45,977 nt of DNA from NCBI GenBank assembly GCA_965555375.1, contig CBEWDL010000002.1, forward strand, positions 1 to 45,977. The letters are read 5' to 3'. This document shows positions 26,081 to 34,825 of the stretch, in pieces (the first letter of the stretch is position 1; each line of letters starts with the position of its first letter). Origin of the DNA: an uncultured bacterium. GTDB lineage: Bacteria; Zixibacteria; MSB-5A5; UBA10806. The position numbers and the translations under genes were made by a program. The notes under the pieces were generated by a model. That model was not told where the DNA came from and searched no databases. It saw only the letters and a program-made list of their open reading frames with translations.

Positions 26081-28369
26081 TTATGCGGCTTTGCTGAACG
26101 CAGCCTTTCTCCTCCTCACAACCGCAACGGTCCCAGCGGCCAACAACAACAACCCCATTATCAGCATGCCCCATTCGGAGAGAGTGGGGATCTCCATGGT
26201 TTCGCATTCTATGATTTTAACTGATACAGCATCAATACCGGCCTCGACAACTGATCCCTCACCGAGGTCGGAAGCCTCGAAACGGATTCTAACCTGGCTT
26301 GTTGGAATTATGAAATTGGCAGCCGCGAAAGACTGTTCTGTCCAGCCCGACGTAGTATGGGGACCATATGTTTCAACTAATGTCCAGTTAGCCCCATCGT
26401 CGTTCGAGATATGCACGTTGAAGACATCACTGTTAGGGGCATTACAAGCATTGTTTGTGTACCAAAGGGCATAGTCAATAATGGCATCACTTCCGCTCAG
26501 ATCAAAGTCAGGGGATATAAGCCATGTATAACCGTCATCCACGTCTGAATTATCGTCGGCATTATCTGTAATAAAGCAGTAACCTGAACCATCGAAATCA
26601 GCGGGGGGGTCGCCCCTATCGCCGCCGCCCGCCGGTATACCTCGTTCCCATTGGCCGTCGCTACAACTATTCTCAACGACCCAACCCTGATCGGTGTTGA
26701 AATCGTCCTCGAATATGGAAACGAGTTCATCAGCGCTTAAGGCCGAATAGCTGACATCCGGAGCAGTGGGGGGATCAGTAACAAGTGTGCCCTCTTCAGT
26801 CTCCGCACTTACATAGAACGATACCTCCACGCCACATTCCAGAGCAGGGAAGACAGCGTCGTAAACATTAGGTGCTACAATCTCCATCGGAATAGTCGTG
26901 AAATCCCCCCCGCTGCTGTAGTGTAGAATTCCTGTGCCTGGTTGAGGATTCGATGCCCCGGGAATAACCTCAACGCGGAATGATGTCCCGCCAGCGGGTG
27001 CAATCAGGTCCGGCAAACCCGCCGGATAGTTAAATTCAATAAGCAGCGGTGACCATAATCCAGCCACGGTCGCCAGAGTTGCTATGGCTCCTTTTACAAC
27101 TTCAGTCGCATAATCGAGATCAAGGTTTGTTATAACATCGTTAGTAGTATGATACCATGGATACCAATCCGGCGCATCCCATAGCTGGGCATCGATTGAA
27201 AAAGGGGCGGGAAAGCCATAATACGAGAAATAATAATGGTCGCTGCCATATTGCGGACCTATTGTATTGACACGTATTGAATAGGCGCTTGAGTAATCAT
27301 CCGTCAGGAAAGCGAGAAGATCTGCAAGAGCCACTTCAGCCAGGAAGGTTTGATCACTGTAAATATTGGTGTCCCACCCAAATCCCCCAGCGTAGGCCAC
27401 CATATCGAAATTCAACACTCCGGCAACGTTACGGTTGTTGAGAAAACAGAATTCAGCGTAAGCCTCTGAGCCGTACAGACCCTGCTCCTCACCGGAGACG
27501 AGAACAAACTCGATGGTGCAATTAAAATCGTACTGGCTTAAAACCCGTGCCGCTTCCACAACGCATGCTGAACCGGAGCCGTTATCTTCAGCTCCAGGGG
27601 CGGAATACTCAGGATTCTCTGAAGTCGCATCTATGTGCCCGATGATTATATATATCGAGTCAGGATAGACCGCGCCCACTTTTCTGCCGATGGCGTCATA
27701 CCAGGTCTCATCATAGTAGGTATATGGAAAAAGTTCAGTTTCGAATCCCAGGTCTGTGAACGTGCTGATACCCCACAACTCGGCCGCCCGGCACGAGTCC
27801 ATATATGAGTAGCGGGTCACAAAATCCTGCAACCTTTGAACATATGCCGTGTATTCCGCCTGGCTCACATGGCTTACAATCTCCTCAATCTCGGGATCGG
27901 TCAGAAGGTTAAACGACGGTTTGACCGGCTTTCCCTCCAGCCTCGGCTTGGCCCTGAAAGAAATATGGGTTAGCCCCTTCATCAATAGAGTTGATTGCGA
28001 ATCAAGTATCGTTTCCGTCATTGCTATGGCCTCACCATCTCCGTAATAGACGACATCGATGCCAGCGGCAAGCCTTTCGATATCCTGACTGCTTATCTGG
28101 AAAAGGAAATACTCACGATTCTCCTCACGTTTGCCTATGTTTTCAATAGCATAGCCTTCAACCTTAAGATTTCTTAATCCTGCAGGTGTTGTTCCTACAA
28201 GAACGCCACTTTTCATAATTGCATAGACGTTGACTTCTTCCAACGCAACGACAGCCCCCACATCCGCCGATCCGTCCATGACAATGTATAGATCCTCAGC
28301 AGGAGCAACCGAGAAACTGGTGAAAATTGCCCAAATCAACACCAACATGCCTTTGAAGCTAATGAACAT
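26081..28369 (-). CDS. secreted M28 family metallopeptidase with an IPTL-CTERM-type sorting tag
   Basis: Signal peptide, then GHIDATS, GAEDNGSGSA and SGEEQGLYGS (M28 metal ligands). The C-terminus is IPTLSEWGMLIMGLLLLAAGTVAVVRRRK. Confidence 0.85.
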   Translation of the reverse strand: MFISFKGMLVLIWAIFTSFSVAPAEDLYIVMDGSADVGAVVALEEVNVYAIMKSGVLVGTTPAGLRNLKVEGYAIENIGKREENREYFLFQISSQDIERLAAGIDVVYYGDGEAIAMTETILDSQSTLLMKGLTHISFRAKPRLEGKPVKPSFNLLTDPEIEEIVSHVSQAEYTAYVQRLQDFVTRYSYMDSCRAAELWGISTFTDLGFETELFPYTYYDETWYDAIGRKVGAVYPDSIYIIIGHIDATSENPEYSAPGAEDNGSGSACVVEAARVLSQYDFNCTIEFVLVSGEEQGLYGSEAYAEFCFLNNRNVAGVLNFDMVAYAGGFGWDTNIYSDQTFLAEVALADLLAFLTDDYSSAYSIRVNTIGPQYGSDHYYFSYYGFPAPFSIDAQLWDAPDWYPWYHTTNDVITNLDLDYATEVVKGAIATLATVAGLWSPLLIEFNYPAGLPDLIAPAGGTSFRVEVIPGASNPQPGTGILHYSSGGDFTTIPMEIVAPNVYDAVFPALECGVEVSFYVSAETEEGTLVTDPPTAPDVSYSALSADELVSIFEDDFNTDQGWVVENSCSDGQWERGIPAGGGDRGDPPADFDGSGYCFITDNADDNSDVDDGYTWLISPDFDLSGSDAIIDYALWYTNNACNAPNSDVFNVHISNDDGANWTLVETYGPHTTSGWTEQSFAAANFIIPTSQVRIRFEASDLGEGSVVEAGIDAVSVKIIECETMEIPTLSEWGMLIMGLLLLAAGTVAVVRRRKAAFSKAA

Positions 28370-28698
28370 CTCTCTAACTCCTCCTTTGTGAAGCCGGACT
28401 TACCGTTTTTGAAGCACCCTCCGGCCTAACCAAGCGTATCAGGTTCTATCTCGACGTTGCAAGCGCGCAGAAGGAAGAAACCATTGAAGTAAATTCTGGC
28501 TGTAATTGCCACTTTAGAAATATACAGCGTATTTTCCTTTCGTCAAGCGTACAGAATAGCGGTATGATCATGATGGTATCCCCTGGGCCGGTTGCAACAG
28601 GTTATTCAAAGGTCTTGAGTGCAGCGTTTCAGCTATGCCGAAGGAAGGCTTTCAGATCCTCCACAGATGGCTCTCTCCGGGGGATAGGACATAGCTGG

Positions 28699-28738
28699 AT
28701 AAACAACAAAGGGGCTATCGTGATGGATTAAGCCCCTT
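28699..28738 (-). terminator. intrinsic terminator after the BNR-repeat gene
   Basis: A stem AAGGGGCT/AGCCCCTT followed on the - strand by TTGTTGTTTAT. It lies 28 nt after the stop. Confidence 0.6.
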
Positions 28739-28765
28739 AGTTTTCCACAAATATCATTTTAAGGC

Positions 28766-30391
28766 TTAGATGCTTCTGTCTAAGGCAATCTTCCTCCTCC
28801 TCACAACCGCAACCGTCCCGATAGCCAACAGCAGCAAGGCCAGCACGATCATGCCCCATTCGGAGAGAGTGGGGATCTCCTGAATTTCACATGCATCATC
28901 AATTCCGTTCTCGTTGCTGTCTCCGAGACACTCGGTTCCGGCACCCAACCATTCATGACCGGCCTCAATGCAATCCTCCTCGGTTATTTCCTGGCAGGCA
29001 CCCTCGGCTGAGCAACATGCCCCGGTGGAGGACAGCCTGGCGGAAAAAACATCCTGGTTGCCGTTTCTGGTGTCGGTCCAGACCATCTGAACCTCCCCCT
29101 GCCAGGCGGATAGACCGATATACTCCCCTATCAAGCCCGCGAGACGGGCATCGCTGGGGTTCGATGATACCGTGGTAATTCTTTCGTTTACCGACCACGT
29201 ATCGCCGCCGTCGGTAGATTTCGTGTAATAAAGATCGAAAAGCCAATTATTCTGGTCCAGACGTCTATCGTAAAAGATGGCATGGATTACGCCTGTTTCG
29301 TCAATTGCTATCCAGGGATGAAACTGATCGGCGCCATTATGTTCCGGATCATCGTTGATCCTTATGGGCTCTGACCATGTGGCCCCGTTGTCTTCGGATT
29401 TCATAAAGAAGATATCCATATCGGTAACGTTCTCGTCCATAAAGGCTAAATAGAGATTGCCCGTATATGGCGATAAAGAACTGACGTCAGAGGTCAGGGC
29501 AGGATAGGGAAAAACCAGGATGCCGCCGTTGATTTCACCCGACGAGGCGTTGGTTTCGGTAATTACCTGGTCATTTCCAAAGGTCATTCCCTGATCGAAG
29601 GAAACATCCATCAAAATCCCGCGGGTCGGATAATACTGGAACCAGGCCACAAACACCTCACCCGATACGCCAACCGCCGGAACCGACCACTGAACGCCCT
29701 CGTCGTCCGATACGGAAACCGGATCCGAATAGGTTTCTCCGCCATCGGTGGAGGATACAAGCAGGATCGTGGTACTAAAAAACCTTGTCCAGCTAATGTA
29801 TATATTGCCGTTGGTGGGACCGCTGGTTCTATCGAGGGTTATCCATTGCTTGTCCTCAAAGACTCCTTCGACTGAATCAATAGCGATGACGGGCTCCGAC
29901 CAGCTCATCCCGCCGTCGGTTGATTTCTGTACATAGATCCCGGACGGCTCGTCAAACGTTCCCTCATACGCCAACGTGCAGGCGAAATAATTGCCGTCAT
30001 CGTCTACAGTCAGCACCGGATCAGAAACCCAAGGACGATAGGGAACATCCAGCAGGGCATCGTACCAGGTCTGGCCGCCATCGAAAGTATATCCGGATGC
30101 CACCTGACGGTAACCGAGACGGAAATCGCGCCAGACGGCGACAGCGTTAGCCGTATTGGTGGGATTGATGCAAACCATCTCTTCATTCTGCAGCTGAGTT
30201 GTATTGTCGCTGTTTACCTGGATATTGTCCACATCGAGGATAACCGGGGGGACATAGGGTGCATCCGAGATTGGATACTCCAGAGGCGATAACGGAAATG
30301 GTTCGGAGTGGTCAATATCGCCTGCCCGGATATTACTTTGCAGCAAACAGACTATTGTGGCAAAAATAGAAAATATTAATTTTCTCCGCAT
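28766..30391 (-). CDS. BNR/Asp-box repeat (sialidase-fold) protein with an IPTL-CTERM-type sorting tag
   Basis: Signal peptide and Asp-boxes STDGGMSWS, STDGGETYS, SEDNGATWS and STDGGDTWS. The C-terminus is IPTLSEWGMIVLALLLLAIGTVAVVRRRK. Confidence 0.85.
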   Translation of the reverse strand: MRRKLIFSIFATIVCLLQSNIRAGDIDHSEPFPLSPLEYPISDAPYVPPVILDVDNIQVNSDNTTQLQNEEMVCINPTNTANAVAVWRDFRLGYRQVASGYTFDGGQTWYDALLDVPYRPWVSDPVLTVDDDGNYFACTLAYEGTFDEPSGIYVQKSTDGGMSWSEPVIAIDSVEGVFEDKQWITLDRTSGPTNGNIYISWTRFFSTTILLVSSTDGGETYSDPVSVSDDEGVQWSVPAVGVSGEVFVAWFQYYPTRGILMDVSFDQGMTFGNDQVITETNASSGEINGGILVFPYPALTSDVSSLSPYTGNLYLAFMDENVTDMDIFFMKSEDNGATWSEPIRINDDPEHNGADQFHPWIAIDETGVIHAIFYDRRLDQNNWLFDLYYTKSTDGGDTWSVNERITTVSSNPSDARLAGLIGEYIGLSAWQGEVQMVWTDTRNGNQDVFSARLSSTGACCSAEGACQEITEEDCIEAGHEWLGAGTECLGDSNENGIDDACEIQEIPTLSEWGMIVLALLLLAIGTVAVVRRRKIALDRSI

Positions 30392-30625
30392 GATATCTCT
30401 CCTATCTTCAATTCAACACACGGGCTTTTTGCGTAATCGATCCATATATAATATAAAATAGCCTGGAATTAATTCGCGTCAATAGAAAAGCCCGCCAAAC
30501 CACCGGGGCTTACGCCCCCGCTCGCCAGGCTCAAGCCCGAGGAAGGACTACCACCGTTTCAACCAATTCCCCATTGATAGCAAGACTCAAATAGCCATAG
30601 TTGCTGATAAACTCTGTTGATTGCC

Positions 30626-30654
30626 GTTTCCGGTAAGTGGGGATTAGCGGAAAT
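30626..30654. repeat. 29-bp palindrome family, site 3
   Basis: GTTTCCGGTAA-GTGGGGA-TTAGCGGAAAT. It extends to 13-bp arms if CC/GG is included. It lies 14-42 nt downstream of the 93-aa ORF stop. Confidence 0.75.
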
Positions 30655-30667
30655 GGAATGATCGATG

Positions 30668-30949
30668 CTATTCCTTCGTCTGCCTATTCTTGATCTTAAT
30701 CTTCGTCTTCAGCGATGGAATAACCGGGAGTCTCTCTTCGTTGCCAGGGAGCAATCTGAGCGAACCCGGATAATCCGGACACCCCGAGGCAGTGGCTGAA
30801 CCCCTGTAAGCGCCTATTTCGGTGACGACGTCGCCCAATTCAAAAGCGATGCAGTTGCCGTTGGGGTCGGCGGTTGCAGCGAAGTCCAAGGCGTGGTCGC
30901 GGCAATCGCAGAAAAAGTCAAAGACATCAGCGGCTGAATGCCATGTCAT
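30668..30949 (-). CDS. hypothetical 93-aa protein with 4 Cys and a Lys-rich tail
   Basis: An ORF co-directional with and 51 nt downstream of the 237-aa gene. There is no clear SD, so its coding status is uncertain. Confidence 0.35.
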   Translation of the reverse strand: MTWHSAADVFDFFCDCRDHALDFAATADPNGNCIAFELGDVVTEIGAYRGSATASGCPDYPGSLRLLPGNEERLPVIPSLKTKIKIKNRQTKE

Positions 30950-31000
30950 TCAGACAAATACGGTCCCAACCTGGATCTGATTCTGATTTACCTGCCCTTG

Positions 31001-31714
31001 CTAATAGCCAAACCTACGCAGCACGTTCGCTATTTCGGACAGCACATCCATCGGCTGATCGCGGCGCGATCTGGCCGTGCCACGGGGAACCTCCTGAACA
31101 GGTTCTCTTACATCCGGAAAAACATCTTCACGATTTGCTTTGCGATGAGCGGCGATCTTATCTGCAATCTGCAACTCAGGATAGACCTCATCAATGACTG
31201 AAATCAAAACACTCTCTTCAGCTTCAATCCGGTATCCCGGATCGAACCAGTGAACGGGTTCTCTAACGTGGGGCACCACCATATCCTGCCTGCCATAGCG
31301 ATCCGACCAGCTTCTGTAGAAATGCACCGGTTCACACCAATCAGTACGAAGTTTGACCTTGAGAGCATCAAACCACAGAAGCTGAAGTTTATAGCTTCCG
31401 GGTGACGGAAACGGAAATGGGTCATCCTTAAGAGCAGCCATAGCGTTAAATAATTCCTTTTCAAAAAGAGTACCCTTAAGGTTCTCAGCGCCCATCGAAA
31501 GCTCTTTGACCTTTCCTCTTTCGCCGATGTCAAAAACCACGGGCAGGCTTGTGACCACCACAAATCCGATCTGTTTGGAAACCTTATCAAACGCCTTATC
31601 GATCTTGTTCTGATATTTTTCACGAAGCGTTCTGTATATTATTAAAAGATCATCATGAATTTTTAACCAATGAACAGGTTCATCCGGTTCATGGCCGGGT
31701 TTCAGCCTATACAT
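31001..31714 (-). CDS. hypothetical 237-aa protein with four (R)EPVH[WF]-type motifs
   Basis: A strong SD (AAGGAGG, 5-nt spacer, then ATG). The motifs are DEPVHWL, CEPVHFY, REPVHWF and REPVQEV. No known family recognised. Confidence 0.75.
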   Translation of the reverse strand: MYRLKPGHEPDEPVHWLKIHDDLLIIYRTLREKYQNKIDKAFDKVSKQIGFVVVTSLPVVFDIGERGKVKELSMGAENLKGTLFEKELFNAMAALKDDPFPFPSPGSYKLQLLWFDALKVKLRTDWCEPVHFYRSWSDRYGRQDMVVPHVREPVHWFDPGYRIEAEESVLISVIDEVYPELQIADKIAAHRKANREDVFPDVREPVQEVPRGTARSRRDQPMDVLSEIANVLRRFGY

Positions 31715-31835
31715 TTTTTCCTCCTTTTTTTCCGATTGAAAAGAATAAATCCAATTTCACAGACTGTTGCGTAGCCGGGAAGCCAAAGCAAGAATACTCT
31801 GGATTCTGTTTTATTCCATATTGCCTCCTCAATAT

Positions 31836-33599
31836 TCATTTCTGATTCAGACTCTTCTTGAAAGTATGATAGGGGATCGGTTGCTGCTCAACGCCGAATA
31901 TGTCAAGGGCATTTCCTCGTTTCCCTCCGTCGGTGGTTTGATTCTGCGATGAGAATCCATTACTGCCGTAATACTCAGAGGTTCTGCAGGGCCATAGCGG
32001 CAATCCGGATGCAGAAAAATCCTCAGCCGTATGTCGTTCCTGTCGCCCCCGTTCCCCATAGGTATTTTCCAAAAGCTGAAGTACATATTTGCCGCGTTCG
32101 TGCAATGCCTGACTTCTCTGATCGACCTGTTCTCTCATGCGGCGAGCAAAACCCTTGAGCCTTACCTGATCGACAGGATCGGTTATCTTCACAAAATCAT
32201 ATATCTGACAGAGACAAGCATAGGTATCAAGATTCGTTTCCTTGATAAAATTTCGGGCTGATGCCCGCAGACTTTGAGTCAGAAGCTCTGGATGGAAGCG
32301 GCGTAATAGTTGAAAACAGAAATCAACCTGCATATTGAAGTAATGCAGGCCGAAGTCGCTGAAATTGCGCTCGAAAAAGGCATAGTTGGCTATCTTGTGA
32401 AAAGCCTCGGAGTAGGGATCTTTGAGCCTGTAATCATGCCCAAAATAATCTCCCAGAAGCCTCCCCTCGGCTTTCAGTTTGTTCTCCAGCCCGGTTCCTG
32501 TATGAACCTCCGCGCGGCAGAAATTAAACGGATTTTCGATATGTTGTTCAATGAACCGCAGGTTGATGAGGATATCATCCAGTATGGTATCCGGTTCGAA
32601 CATCAGAAGGTTGAAAGCGACATGTACATCGAAAGAGTTGAGAATCTCAAGAGAATTGAGAATCTGTTCATAGCTGCATTTCCGGTTCAGATTTCGCAGT
32701 CCTCGCTCGGAAGCGTTCTCCACACCCAGGAATACGCGAAACAGACCGAGATCATCAAGAACCTCCACCGACTCTCGCGTTATGCTGTCGGGACGCGCCT
32801 TGATTGCTATCGCCATTTTATCCACGCCCGCCCGTCTCAGGCCCTCTCTCAATTCCTTAAAGCGGCTAAGCGCTATGTCCGGTTTGGGATGAAAGAAGTT
32901 ATCATCCTGAAAGTTGAATACGCGAACGTCGTAATCAAAATAAAGCTCTTTCATCTCAGCAATGATATTATCAATACTTCGCAGCCTGAATTTCCTGCCG
33001 CCGCCTCGTTCATACCATGCGTTGATACTGCAAAAGGCGCAGTTACGCCAACATCCCCGACCGGAAAGAATGCTGGCAATCGGCTTGTCGAAATAATCAT
33101 GAAATGAAGTCCGCTTGGGAAATGGCAGCAGGTCGAGCTTTTCGGGATTGCTGATGGATGGATTTGTGGCAATTTGGCCATCAGAATCGCGAAAACATAA
33201 TCCCGGTATTTCCGAGATGTTGTCAATATTCTCCGCCAGCTTACATATCAACTCTTCGCCCTCGCCAAGCCCTATTGAGTCGAACACGGGATAATCCTTG
33301 AGAAGTTGTTCGCCATTGAACGAGGCAAACGGTCCCCCTGCAATAATATGGTTTCTGTAGTTATCATCACGAAGCGCCTTGGCGAGATCGATAAACTCCA
33401 TGGCGCGGGAAGTAAAAACCATCGAAAGGCCTACTATTGCCGGTGAGGTTTCTCTTACATGCTTTACTGCTTCAGGGATATCATTTTGATTGTTGTATGA
33501 AATTATGTCTACCTGATGACCTTTGACCTCAAGGGCTGATGCCATATAACGAAGACCAAGATTTTCTTCCAGTTCCGCGCCTATAAGTGCAATGTTCAT
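31836..33599 (-). CDS. B12-binding domain-containing radical SAM protein
   Basis: An N-terminal cobalamin-binding-like Rossmann segment (IALIGAELEENLGLRYMASALEVKGHQV...IVGLSMVF) followed by the CWRNCAFC (CX3CX2C) cluster. 587 aa. Confidence 0.88.
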   Translation of the reverse strand: MNIALIGAELEENLGLRYMASALEVKGHQVDIISYNNQNDIPEAVKHVRETSPAIVGLSMVFTSRAMEFIDLAKALRDDNYRNHIIAGGPFASFNGEQLLKDYPVFDSIGLGEGEELICKLAENIDNISEIPGLCFRDSDGQIATNPSISNPEKLDLLPFPKRTSFHDYFDKPIASILSGRGCWRNCAFCSINAWYERGGGRKFRLRSIDNIIAEMKELYFDYDVRVFNFQDDNFFHPKPDIALSRFKELREGLRRAGVDKMAIAIKARPDSITRESVEVLDDLGLFRVFLGVENASERGLRNLNRKCSYEQILNSLEILNSFDVHVAFNLLMFEPDTILDDILINLRFIEQHIENPFNFCRAEVHTGTGLENKLKAEGRLLGDYFGHDYRLKDPYSEAFHKIANYAFFERNFSDFGLHYFNMQVDFCFQLLRRFHPELLTQSLRASARNFIKETNLDTYACLCQIYDFVKITDPVDQVRLKGFARRMREQVDQRSQALHERGKYVLQLLENTYGERGRQERHTAEDFSASGLPLWPCRTSEYYGSNGFSSQNQTTDGGKRGNALDIFGVEQQPIPYHTFKKSLNQK

Positions 33600-33721
33600 A
33601 TTATCTCCCTGCTAATCCCATAAAAATGAATACAACAAGCCCATTGATGCATAAATTCTTTCAACCGAGATTTGCCATATAAAGGTTTTGAAAACACGGT
33701 TTATCCCTTTCAGTATTTTGA

Positions 33722-33916
33722 TTATACAAAAATCTCCTCGAATGGACAATAATTGCCTCGTTTCTCTGAGTGATCATTTCTATTAGCACAAAAACGACGG
33801 TGTTTTGCTTTTGCCAGTCTTGCGAAACCTTCCTGATGACGATAGGTCGGGCTGACGGAACCATCCATATCGAGGATAATCTGCCTTTGCGACCGGTTCT
33901 CCCGCTTACGATGATC
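33722..33916 (-). pseudogene. possible DDE transposase remnant (IS1380/IS4-like first-Asp region)
   Basis: One - strand frame reads RQIILDMDGSVSPTYRHQEG, resembling the LDxDxS....G.QEG block of IS1380-type transposases. It is flanked by stops and no intact ORF is present. Confidence 0.3.
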
Positions 33917-34274
33917 AAAAGTCCATCAAATCCCTTTTCATGGGCCATATACTAACTAATCTCAATTCCCGGGCCCGGATTCAAATGGGAAATCCGGGAT
34001 CCCTATTCTGTTCTTAACATCCACAATTCAGACAGTCTCATATAGCCGGCCTAATCCAGGCCGGTATTTCACTAACATTCCCGGGGGGATGGGAAACTTG
34101 TTCTATAAAAAGGGATTCTCGCCGAGGTATGTCAAGGACTTTTTATCGAGATCTTAGTTGCCGCCATCGACCACTTTCTTGGCTAAAACGGTATTCTAAT
34201 TCAACTCCTGATTGGCCCGGAAGGCTTTGAATCCGGTAAAACAATCAGGGAATCCTGGGAAAATGGTATCCCTC

Positions 34275-34303
34275 GTTTCCGCTAATATCCGGTTATCGGA
34301 AGT
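34275..34303. repeat. 29-bp palindrome family, site 4
   Basis: GTTTCCGCTAA-TATCCGG-TTATCGGAAGT. The arms pair at 8 positions plus 2 G-T pairs out of 11. Confidence 0.7.
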
Positions 34304-34487
34304 GAAAAGGATTGTCGCAAGGCCATCCATGATAGGCTTACCTGGGCAAAGGCGTTAGTCAAGAAAGGCGGACAGGAACTCATTTCATTGAATTCCTACT
34401 CCACCACGTGCTTCGACATGCTGGAGAATATGCGAGATATGGCATATTAGACCCAGACGGTAGAGGATTTCAGTTTCTACGCGGCCT

Positions 34488-34739
34488 ATGCAAAGCACAT
34501 GCTCGAAGAGTGGGTTGCTTTTTGGTACGAATATCTTGGACATGGGCGCTGACCCAAACTCCGGTTTGGCGAAAAACGATCTCCAAGACGGATTGGCAAA
34601 TGTGAGAATAGAAATGGGAGACATATCTGAGCATTTCGCTTCCGCGCATGAAAAGCTCTTCCAAATGGGTGCCCTCGCTCCGACAGTGGAGATCTTGAAG
34701 GATTTCATAAAGGATCATTTGACTGCGAATGACGAGTAG
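34488..34739 (+). pseudogene. 3' portion of a frame-disrupted gene of unknown function
   Basis: Protein-like segments lie in three + frames: ..ISLNSYSTTCFDMLENMRDMAY*, TVEDFSFYAAYAKHMLEEWVAFWYEYLGHG, and ADPNSGLAKNDLQDGL....LTANDE*. A strong + strand terminator follows. Confidence 0.3.
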
Positions 34740-34746
34740 CAAGAAG

Positions 34747-34788
34747 ACCTCCTGGCCGTCATTATTTGGCGGCCGGGAGGTGATTTTA
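34747..34788 (+). terminator. intrinsic terminator (+ strand)
   Basis: A 12-bp stem ACCTCCTGGCCG/CGGCCGGGAGGT (one G-U pair) with an 11-nt loop, followed by GATTTT. Confidence 0.6.
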
Positions 34789-34825
34789 AGATGAATTTCT
34801 GGAATAAGAAATATAGAATGTTAAC

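Noticed and set aside
30481-30511. A putative intrinsic terminator (AAGCCCG...CGGGGCTT followed by TTTTCTATT on the - strand) for the radical SAM cassette
   Set aside because: The stem is short and bulged, and it lies 157 nt past the last ORF. It is too weak to list as a feature.
32310-33107. 265-aa + strand ORF
   Set aside because: It lies entirely inside and antisense to the radical SAM gene, which carries the CX3CX2C cluster and a B12-binding segment.
33970-34000. The hairpin CCCGGATT-CAAATGGGA-AATCCGGG as a tRNA T arm or a copy of the tRNA-Sec end
   Set aside because: The loop and stem do not fit a T arm (no TTCGA/TTCAA loop framed by complementary stems). There is no adjacent acceptor or anticodon arm and no similarity to the tRNA-Sec 3' end.
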